Part shown: piece after piece, positions 1 to 7,112 of the stretch
How positions within the stretch are numbered: the first letter of the stretch is position 1
How the letters are laid out: every line of letters starts with the position of its first letter
Origin: Pseudomonadota bacterium
Lineage (GTDB): Bacteria; Bdellovibrionota_G; JALEGL01; DATDPG01
Length of the DNA: 42,005 bases
Direction of reading: 5' to 3'
Assembly: GCA_043804515.1 (NCBI GenBank)
Contig: JAZDIZ010000125.1
Span: 1 to 42,005 of the forward strand
The notes under the pieces: generated by a model
The model's database searches: none
Told to the model about the DNA's origin: nothing
Seen by the model: only the letters and a program-made list of their open reading frames with translations
Made by a program: the position numbers and the translations under genes

Positions 1-517
1 TTTCTTTAGAAATCGGAAACCTCACTTCGCTCATCTCCGCAGTGATGGACCGGACCGTCTCAGAAGTAAGGGGTTTTTCGGGAGCTTCTTTCAGAAGGAC
101 CTTTTCGGTTTCCCGTTTGCTCAAGCCCTCAATCCGGCTGACAAGGGATTCCACCTTCGCAGTGGGAACGGGCTTCTCTTGGACTCGTTCTTCGGCTCGA
201 AGGTGCCGTTCCGCCATGGCGGCCTGGGTTAAAGTGAGCTTTCCCGTCTCCAGGGCCGTCTGGGCCTCCGGTGCTCGAAACATAAGCCGCATGGCCGAGA
301 TTCGTTCGTAGGCCTGGTTTTCGCTGTAGCCCAAGGCCTTTTGGACGTAGTCCCACAAGGAGCCATAGCCTTTCTGGGCGAAGAGTTTTCTTCGTTCGAC
401 CTCATGGAGGTGGTGCAGAAGCTCCAAGGTCGTTTGTTGCTCTTTCTTGGCGAGCTCGATCGTGTGCTGATGAAGCTCGGAATCTGTTAAGGCTTCAAGA
501 TTCGAAGAAGTGGCCAT
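1..517 (-). CDS. 5' part of a putative HNH-endonuclease/DUF222-like protein (Bdellovibrionota multicopy family); runs off the window
   Basis: Missing from the ORF track because its stop lies outside the window. My translation from ATG at 517 is open to the edge: MATSSNLEALTDSELHQHTIELAKKEQQTTLELLHHLHEVERRKLFAQKGYGSLWDYVQKALGYSENQAYERISAMRLMFRAPEAQTALETGKLTLTQAAMAERHLRAEE... The pattern LHHLxEVERRKLF..GY.SL.DY...LGYSE.QA..RISAMRL matches, from memory, the N-terminus of this family. RBS GGGAG lies upstream. The HNH domain itself is not visible. Confidence 0.75.
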   Translation of the reverse strand, partial: MATSSNLEALTDSELHQHTIELAKKEQQTTLELLHHLHEVERRKLFAQKGYGSLWDYVQKALGYSENQAYERISAMRLMFRAPEAQTALETGKLTLTQAAMAERHLRAEERVQEKPVPTAKVESLVSRIEGLSKRETEKVLLKEAPEKPLTSETVRSITAEMSEVRFPISKE

Positions 518-747
518 GGTGTTTCTCCCTTTTGGGAGGACATTAACACCGGAATTTTCGCGTGTTCTTTAGGGCTGTCTGGCGACGACGGCGCACCTAA
601 AACGGTGATTTCACAATCAAGGCATTTCATGCGACCAGCGGCAAATACGCGCGGAATAAGGGCGTTACAGAGATGAGGACTTTTACGCAGAAAACTTCTG
701 ATTCAATTGAGTCAAGAAAAAAATCATTCTTTTTTCAGATTTCTTCC
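518..747 (-). promoter_or_regulatory. Conserved ~230-nt non-coding leader of the HNH-like ORF (copy 1)
   Basis: Reverse complement of 634-716 aligns ungapped to 41799-41881 at 64/83 by hand count. The downstream blocks AAAGAAC, TGTTA and CTCCC-AAAA-GGGAGAA..CCATG are also shared. Confidence 0.85.
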
Positions 748-1000
748 ACCATTTTTCGCGCCGATCTCCACTCACGTTGCCGGCAAAGTGCCCCGAAGAA
801 CTCCCCCTTAACCGATTTCTGAATTTCCTCTCCGAACTCTCGATGAAATCAAACTCTCATCTTCGGCAATGCGCCAGGCCCACCTTCCCCTTTAACCGAC
901 TTCTGAAATTCGTCTTCCAGCCTTCAACGCATCTCGGCTAACTTCACCGGCTATGCGCCGATAGGACTCTCCCTCTAAAGAACTTCCGATAGGGGTCTCT
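748..1000 (-). repeat. Degenerate tandem array of ~84-nt repeats (3 units), copy 1
   Basis: On the + strand the units start CGGCAAAGTGCC (781), CGGCAATGCGCC (864) and CGGCTATGCGCC (948). Each is followed by a CCCC-TTAACCGA-TTCTGAA-TTC-like block, more diverged in unit 3. Periods are 83 and 84 nt. Confidence 0.85.
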
Positions 1001-1224
1001 GGACCTTTTCGGTCTGATTCGTCGGCAGAGCGTGAAGCGGCGCTAGCCTAGAAGTAGATGAGTATCAGTGTCAGAACATCCAGAGATCGCCGGAATCCGA
1101 TATTCGGAAACCGGTAGCCGGCCCGGATCAGCTCCACGTTGCCGCCGGGCCTTTGACGTGCTACATCTCCCGCGCTTCAAAAGAAGCTCTGTAACGCCAA
1201 CTTATTGCAATTGCAGGAGTTTTC

Positions 1225-2535
1225 ATGCCGACGCGAGTGGTGATCATGGGAGCCGCAGGGAGGGACTTTCATAATTTCAACATGGTCTATCGGGACAACC
1301 CCGCCTACGAGGTCGTGGCGTTTACGGCCACCCAGATCCCGGACATCGCGGGACGGAAATATCCGGCCGCATTAGCCGGCTCCCTGTATCCGAAGGGGAT
1401 TCCAATTGTGGAGGAATCCGAGCTTCCGTCCCTGATCGAGAAGGAACGGATCGGAATGGTGGTGTTCGCGTACAGCGATGTTGCGCACGAAGACGTGATG
1501 CACAAGGCTTCGATCGCCATGGCCAAGGGAGCGAGTTTTAAATTTTTGGGGCCCGACCTGACGATGATCAAGTCGAAGAAGCCCGTGATCTCCGTCACGG
1601 CGGTCCGGACGGGATGCGGAAAGAGCCCCGTCAGCCAAAAATTGGCCCAGATGCTGACGGCTCAAGGAAAGCGGGTGGCCGTTTTGCGCCATCCGATGCC
1701 GTACGGCGATCTCGCGAAACAGACATGGCAGCGGTTCGGAACGCTGGAGGATTTGGAAAAACAGGAGTGCACGATCGAAGAGATGGAGGAGTACGAGCCT
1801 CACATCCGGAACGGCGTCATTGTTTTCGCGGGCGTCGATTATCAACGGATTCTGAACGAGGCCGAAAAAGAGGCGGACGTCATCATCTGGGACGGAGGGA
1901 ACAACGATTTCCCGTTTATCAGGCCCGATATAGACATTGTTGTTACCGATCCTCACCGCCCCAACCATGAGCTTCATTATTATCCGGGCGAAGTGAACTT
2001 CCGTCGGGCCAAGATCCTTCTGATCACGAAAATCGATTCGGCCGACGAAGAAAAGCTTTCAATTCTGATCAAGAACATCAAGCAATACAATCCGTCGGCC
2101 ACGGTCATCAAAGCCAACTTGGCGATCAAAGTGGAGGACGTTCAGAAAGTGCAGGGGAAGCGGGTTCTCGTGGTGGAGGACGGTCCCACGCTTACGCACG
2201 GCGAGATGACGTTCGGCGCCGGCGTCCTGGCCGCAAAGCGTTTCGGCGCGGCGGAGACCGTGGATCCGAAGGCGTTCCTAGTGGGAAAGATGCTCGGCAC
2301 GTACCGGAAGTATCCGTTCATCCGGGGCCTGCTCCCGGCCATGGGATACGGTGGCCAACAGGTCAAGGACCTGGAGGAAACGATCAACCGGACACCCTGC
2401 GACACGGTTCTGATCGCCACGCCGGTGGATCTTAGGAGAATCCTCAAGATCAAGCACGACACCTGCCGCGTCACGTACGAGCTGGAGGAAATCGGAAAGC
2501 CCGATTTGGCGTCGGTGATTGCCGGGCTAAAGTAG
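1225..2535 (+). CDS. Cyclic 2,3-diphosphoglycerate synthetase-like P-loop GTPase (COG2403-type)
   Basis: Hallmark N-terminus IMGAAGRDFHNFN, P-loop AVRTGCGKS, RHPMPYGDL, WDGGNNDFPF, VEDGPTLTHG. RBS AGGAG before the ATG. Confidence 0.85.
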   Translation: MPTRVVIMGAAGRDFHNFNMVYRDNPAYEVVAFTATQIPDIAGRKYPAALAGSLYPKGIPIVEESELPSLIEKERIGMVVFAYSDVAHEDVMHKASIAMAKGASFKFLGPDLTMIKSKKPVISVTAVRTGCGKSPVSQKLAQMLTAQGKRVAVLRHPMPYGDLAKQTWQRFGTLEDLEKQECTIEEMEEYEPHIRNGVIVFAGVDYQRILNEAEKEADVIIWDGGNNDFPFIRPDIDIVVTDPHRPNHELHYYPGEVNFRRAKILLITKIDSADEEKLSILIKNIKQYNPSATVIKANLAIKVEDVQKVQGKRVLVVEDGPTLTHGEMTFGAGVLAAKRFGAAETVDPKAFLVGKMLGTYRKYPFIRGLLPAMGYGGQQVKDLEETINRTPCDTVLIATPVDLRRILKIKHDTCRVTYELEEIGKPDLASVIAGLK

Positions 2536-2552
2536 GGTTGTTCGAAAGGGCG

Positions 2553-4769
2553 TCACGGAACTTGGTCGGGTCCCGGCGGTGGTACGCGCGTCCACGGACG
2601 CGGGAGCTCCAGCCAACCTTCGGACCATTGTCCGCCTTCCCAAGCCTCCACCCAATCGCGGAACAGAGTCCCGAACTCCTCCCTCCACGGGCGCGTGTGC
2701 AACTTTGCGCGCGGGCCCAACAACTCATCCAAAAAATCGATTGCGGCACGCCAATCGGGCACCAGGGGAAATTCGGCTGCGACGGCGCCTTTAGGATAGG
2801 GGGCCTCGGCCAGGTTGCTCGTGGGCATGACACTGGCCCTGACTTGGAATGCTTGCGGATTTTCTTCGAGACCCGCGCGAATTTTGGCCGCCGCGGCGTT
2901 GAGCTCCGCCAATTGCTCCCATTCGAATAAGTAGATCGGTGTCCTTGAAAACTCGACGCGGATGCTCGTCCGAAGACGCCCTCCTTTGATGAAGACCCGT
3001 ACCGGACCCAGAGCCTTGACCAGATCGGAGGTTCCCAACCACACGGCGGCACGGCCCGACTTCGCGGGGAGCTTGGTCCACTTCAAACCCCATCGAGCGA
3101 TCGTAGGACCGTACTCATTGAGGCGATAAATACCTTGAAGGAGGCCCAGCAAATCCGATCCGATGACTACGGGTTCTTCGTGGCGCAGGAGGCGTCGGAC
3201 CGTGCGGAATGGGGATGCAACCGGCTCCGAACGAACGTAGGGGACCGGTCGGATACTGCCGTCGTACAGCGGATGCGGTTCGCTTGCCTGACCATACGGT
3301 ATCCGCTCATAGAAATTCCGGATCGAATGACTGTTGGCCCACGCTCGACGTGCCGGTACTTTGAGGCGCGGGCCGTACAAGAGGTCATTCAGAAATGCGA
3401 CTGACGCCTTGGTAATGTCCATCTCCCATTTGATCATGTCCGGCAGGCCATGCCTGAAGACGTCCCATAAGCGGGGTTTAACAAGCTGCACCGGGAGATT
3501 GAAATCGGTCGCTCCCGATTTCCGGATGCGACGAACGGAGTTCCGCATCTCCGCGAGGACTTCTGTAGTGGAAAAATTTTGCGAAAGTTTGTCGTTCGAA
3601 ACGGTCAAATTGACTTTGAGCTTGTATTCTCCCGGGACCGGACCCGGTTCTACCGACATCCGCATATGCCCGAGGCTGTTCTCGACCTCACCCTCCACCT
3701 CGAACCGGCCGAGCGCCCGAGACCATCGGGCATCTCCTATCCGGTAGAAAAGAGTCCTGACGGAATTCAGTTGAGTAATTCCAGAAAGGGCATTGTCAAT
3801 TTCCGATCGACGCAACCTATCAAGGCCGGTCCGGAAGCGATCGATCAATCTTACGTGGGGCTCGCCCGCCCGCTCCGGGCCTACAAGCAAGATCCTGTTC
3901 GGTTCGCCGGCCGCTATGGCGGCGGGCGGGGCAGGAGGTGCTTGCTCCGGGATGGTTGCGGTCTCCGGATGGGCGGCAGGTGCCACCGGTGCGGAGGCCG
4001 TGGCCGAAGGCGCTTCGGCCGCAGGCGGATCCGGAACAGCCACCGACGCTCTTAGTGCGTTCATTCTGGGTTTCGCCGCCATAACCTTGACGCCCTTGAA
4101 AATGCCCCACCAAGCCGTTCCGAGCATCGCGGCACTACAAAGATTTTGCGTGGAGGCCGCACCCGGATCGCCCCAGTGGCCGAGGGTCACGAACCCGAGG
4201 AGAGAATTCGGTAAATGAATGAGTGTGTCCCAGGATGACAGGATGAAGCTTCCGATCAATCGTGTGGGCAACTTCCACTTGTTCACGCGTACGTCCAAGA
4301 TTTGGATGAGCCCCCAAAAGAAATCCTCTCCGACATATGGAAATCCCCAGAGCGAATCGGTCAGCGATATCAAAGTGAAATTTGGATTTGCTGCGGACAA
4401 ATGGATTTTATCGATCGCCCCTCTTGCGGCCCTTTGCAGCCTCTCGGAATACCCGCTCTTGGGATTCGCGTATCTTTCAAGAGTCGGAAGGGCCCTGGGA
4501 TCTCTGATCTTGGCGAACAGATAAATCGCGCGGAGTCGGATTATCCCGACGGCTTTTTCACCTGGGGGAATGACGAACCAGTCTTCAATGCCGGTCGGAG
4601 GTGCCGGAGAAACAGGCCCCTGAAGAGTCGTTAAGGCCCGATTGAAAAACTTGTCCTGACACGGGTCTACCTTATTGCCGGCTAAAGGCGCACCGGCGAG
4701 CAGTAAAATGGATGTAACCGCCGCAATCACTGCGGAAGAAAGTAGACGTTCTGTACGTTCAGATGTCAT
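2553..4769 (-). CDS. Hypothetical exported/membrane protein with HEAT-like helices, an Ala/Pro linker and a duplicated C-terminal domain
   Basis: Long ORF. Start placed at ATG 4769 (MTSERTERLLSSAVIAAVTSILLLAG.., signal-like) because a sigma54-type site lies just upstream. No family recognised. Confidence 0.7.
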   Translation of the reverse strand: MTSERTERLLSSAVIAAVTSILLLAGAPLAGNKVDPCQDKFFNRALTTLQGPVSPAPPTGIEDWFVIPPGEKAVGIIRLRAIYLFAKIRDPRALPTLERYANPKSGYSERLQRAARGAIDKIHLSAANPNFTLISLTDSLWGFPYVGEDFFWGLIQILDVRVNKWKLPTRLIGSFILSSWDTLIHLPNSLLGFVTLGHWGDPGAASTQNLCSAAMLGTAWWGIFKGVKVMAAKPRMNALRASVAVPDPPAAEAPSATASAPVAPAAHPETATIPEQAPPAPPAAIAAGEPNRILLVGPERAGEPHVRLIDRFRTGLDRLRRSEIDNALSGITQLNSVRTLFYRIGDARWSRALGRFEVEGEVENSLGHMRMSVEPGPVPGEYKLKVNLTVSNDKLSQNFSTTEVLAEMRNSVRRIRKSGATDFNLPVQLVKPRLWDVFRHGLPDMIKWEMDITKASVAFLNDLLYGPRLKVPARRAWANSHSIRNFYERIPYGQASEPHPLYDGSIRPVPYVRSEPVASPFRTVRRLLRHEEPVVIGSDLLGLLQGIYRLNEYGPTIARWGLKWTKLPAKSGRAAVWLGTSDLVKALGPVRVFIKGGRLRTSIRVEFSRTPIYLFEWEQLAELNAAAAKIRAGLEENPQAFQVRASVMPTSNLAEAPYPKGAVAAEFPLVPDWRAAIDFLDELLGPRAKLHTRPWREEFGTLFRDWVEAWEGGQWSEGWLELPRPWTRVPPPGPDQVP

Positions 4770-4792
4770 TTTCAAGCCAACCAAGCTGTTTG

Positions 4793-4808
4793 TGCGATTC
4801 TTGTGCCA
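4793..4808 (-). promoter_or_regulatory. Putative sigma54 (-24/-12) promoter
   Basis: Minus strand TGGCACAAGAATCGCA = GG-N10-GC with TGGCAC, 24 nt upstream of ATG 4769. Confidence 0.55.
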
Positions 4809-4898
4809 GGACACGGACGGACAAGTGCCTGAAACCACTACCTGATTTCTTCTGGCAACGGGTTGGCCACGGGGCAGGGATGCCCCGTCATGGGGCTT

Positions 4899-5609
4899 CT
4901 ATGGTTTCTTCCCCGCAATGAACTCGTTGAGCGCCTTTTCCACCTCAGGCGTCAGGGAAATGAATTTGAGCCCCATTCCTTTCGGCGCCTGCTCGGTGGT
5001 CTGCTCATTCACGTGCGCGACCTCGGCGTCGATCTCGAAATCTTCCTCGGTGTCGGGATGAATGATCACCACCTGAACCCGTTCCCCGACCTGCCGCAGG
5101 ACCGGCGTTCTCAGGAACATTCCGCCTTGGCTCAAATTATTGGTCATGAAATGTTCCAGCCGATTCTTCGAGCTGAATCGCACCATGAATGACGCAAGCG
5201 TGCGGGGAGTAGCCCGCCGTTCGGCTTCCACCGGAGGGGAGGGTTCTCTGGAAGGCTCGTCGGTTCGGATGCTGTGGTTGGATGCATCGAGGTTCTCGAC
5301 ATGCGCGACGAACTCGATCCATTTCTTTCGGGCGTCGGTATCGAGGTTCAGGAACTGAACGCCCACGCCGTCGAACCCGCTCTTCTTCCCGCTCCACGCG
5401 ACCCGCCCCAGGATGTTGACGACCGCCTGTTCCGGCGGAAGATACAAGCGGATGCGGACGACGCCGTTCACCGGGCGTTGCGCCGTGTCCTTCAAAAAGA
5501 CGCCGTTGCGGCTGACATTGACCGTGCTGGTTTCGACGGTCTGCCGGCCGACAATTTGAGCCCGGATTTTTGCCGAAATCCGGTCGTTATGGCGCCGATT
5601 GGTGTCCAC
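4899..5609 (-). CDS. Tandem PilZ-domain protein (TIGR02266-like)
   Basis: Two PilZ signatures: RRHNDR...NVSRNG...GVGVQF and RRATPR...NLSQGG...GMGLKF. Confidence 0.85.
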   Translation of the reverse strand: MDTNRRHNDRISAKIRAQIVGRQTVETSTVNVSRNGVFLKDTAQRPVNGVVRIRLYLPPEQAVVNILGRVAWSGKKSGFDGVGVQFLNLDTDARKKWIEFVAHVENLDASNHSIRTDEPSREPSPPVEAERRATPRTLASFMVRFSSKNRLEHFMTNNLSQGGMFLRTPVLRQVGERVQVVIIHPDTEEDFEIDAEVAHVNEQTTEQAPKGMGLKFISLTPEVEKALNEFIAGKKP

Positions 5610-5618
5610 GTTCCTATT

Positions 5619-6605
5619 CTATCGCTGGCAGATGGGGTTCGCTACGGTTCCGTGAAGCGAGCTTGTCCCCGATGCAAGACGAAGCGCGCCGTCCCAGGAA
5701 ATCTGGCCGGACCAGGAGGGTCCGCCGGCCCGGCTCCAACTCTCCACCGAGAGACGATCGGCTCGCAGCGTAACGGCCACACGGACGGGAACGAGGGTGG
5801 GCCCTCCTTCGCACGCCGCGATTTGGCCCACCAGCGGAGCTTTAGGATCCTCGATCCACGCTTCCGCGCGCAGCTCCCCGTCGGCCGGCGAGATCCGTAC
5901 GTTTTTCAATCGGAAGGTCGAAGGAACACCGGCCGGAAAATGCACGGCCACGGACATGCTCCCGAACCGAAGAGATGAAAGCCGGTTGTTTTCAAAAACG
6001 GACGGCCGGTCCTCTTCTCGCGGAATCGGCGTGTAAAGGTAGGTCGGTATATCGATCTCCGTTGCCTTCGGTTGTTTCTTGGGTTGGCCTGACGGGCGGT
6101 AATTACCGGCGACCAGCTCACGGGAACGGCGGTCGATGTCCTGCTCCACGCGGGAGGAACGAGGTTTGGGGGCCACCGCGGCTCGAACGGGGCGGGGCTT
6201 CGGCTCGGAGCCCAGGAAAACCGTGAGATTCGGCCGGCCGTCCTCAAGAGGCCGGACGCTCAATTCGGCCGAGGGGCTGTACAAGTCGAATTCCTTCCGG
6301 GGTGACAGGAGGGTGGAGAGCTTCATTCGCAGGTCCGCGCGGGGGGTCCGGAGGAGAGGGACAGACACCCCCGGCCGGCCGATCGCGTCCAAAGCGACCC
6401 CGTACAATTTCAGGCCCAAGTGAGGAAAGAATTCAGCTTCGCTTCGGGCAATGGCCAGATGTCCTCGGAAAGATTGGCTAAATCTGTCCAGGAGGCGGTC
6501 TTGGTAAGGGCTTACGTCCACGAACTTAGGTACGAGAAAAAGGACAATCGAGACCAGGAAGGCCGTTACCGTAATGCGGATCAGGAGGTTGCGCAGGATA
6601 TGCAT
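5619..6605 (-). CDS. Hypothetical membrane-anchored protein, AsmA-like N-terminus
   Basis: ATG 6605 gives an N-terminal TM helix then PKFVDVSPYQDRLL...FFPHLGLKLYGV, resembling AsmA-family starts. The rest is not recognised. Confidence 0.55.
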   Translation of the reverse strand: MHILRNLLIRITVTAFLVSIVLFLVPKFVDVSPYQDRLLDRFSQSFRGHLAIARSEAEFFPHLGLKLYGVALDAIGRPGVSVPLLRTPRADLRMKLSTLLSPRKEFDLYSPSAELSVRPLEDGRPNLTVFLGSEPKPRPVRAAVAPKPRSSRVEQDIDRRSRELVAGNYRPSGQPKKQPKATEIDIPTYLYTPIPREEDRPSVFENNRLSSLRFGSMSVAVHFPAGVPSTFRLKNVRISPADGELRAEAWIEDPKAPLVGQIAACEGGPTLVPVRVAVTLRADRLSVESWSRAGGPSWSGQISWDGALRLASGTSSLHGTVANPICQR

Positions 6606-6735
6606 GGATGGGGAGATCTTAACAGAGAATGAGAGGGGGACAATTCGACAAACTCGGGGCGGCCGCCATGTCGCACCCCGCCTCCTCCGCGGAGCCAAAG
6701 GGGTTGTAGATCAGCATGTTATATGGTGTTATCGG

Positions 6736-6751
6736 TGGCACGAAGAGTGCT
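6736..6751 (+). promoter_or_regulatory. Putative sigma54 (-24/-12) promoter
   Basis: TGGCACGAAGAGTGCT = GG-N10-GC, immediately upstream of the PilZ gene at 6763. Confidence 0.55.
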
Positions 6752-6762
6752 GGAGGGTAAGG

Positions 6763-7062
6763 ATGATGGAAGAACGCCGGAGATGGGCCAGAAAGATCGA
6801 GGAGACCCTTGTGCGCTTCGAAGGAGATAATTTCTCCATCTATTCGAGGGCTCTGAATGTCAGCGATCGGGGGGCTTTTGTAGCCACGCATTTTCTGCTG
6901 GACCCGGGCACCCAGATCCAATTCCATCTGATCGATCCCGCGGGTGGGGAGAGTCAGACGACGGCCAGGGTTGTGAGGACCAATACCAAAAAAACCGAGC
7001 GCGGTGAAGCCGTGGTCGGTTTCGGCGTTGAGTTCCTTGAAGACCCGACCTTTGTGGCTTAG
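6763..7062 (+). CDS. Stand-alone PilZ-domain protein
   Basis: MMEERRRWAR...LNVSDRGAFV...GFGVEF. GGAGG at 6752-6756 supports start 6763/6766 rather than 6574. Confidence 0.8.
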   Translation: MMEERRRWARKIEETLVRFEGDNFSIYSRALNVSDRGAFVATHFLLDPGTQIQFHLIDPAGGESQTTARVVRTNTKKTERGEAVVGFGVEFLEDPTFVA

Positions 7063-7112
7063 TCAGAGCCGGAATAAGAAGCGCTGTCGTCCCGGACCAG
7101 GGAACCCTTTTT

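Noticed and set aside
42..356. ORF-track entries 42..311 (+) and 129..356 (-)
   Set aside because: They are shadows of the real minus-strand frame starting at 517.
711..716. Conserved TTGAC in the leader (also 41800-41804) as a sigma70 -35 box
   Set aside because: There is no acceptable -10 at 16-18 nt in either copy (TTCTGC / TTCCGC). The motif is conserved but its role is unknown.
748..1000. CRISPR array
   Set aside because: The repeats are long and degenerate, the intervening segments are partly conserved between units and between the two loci, and no cas genes are present.
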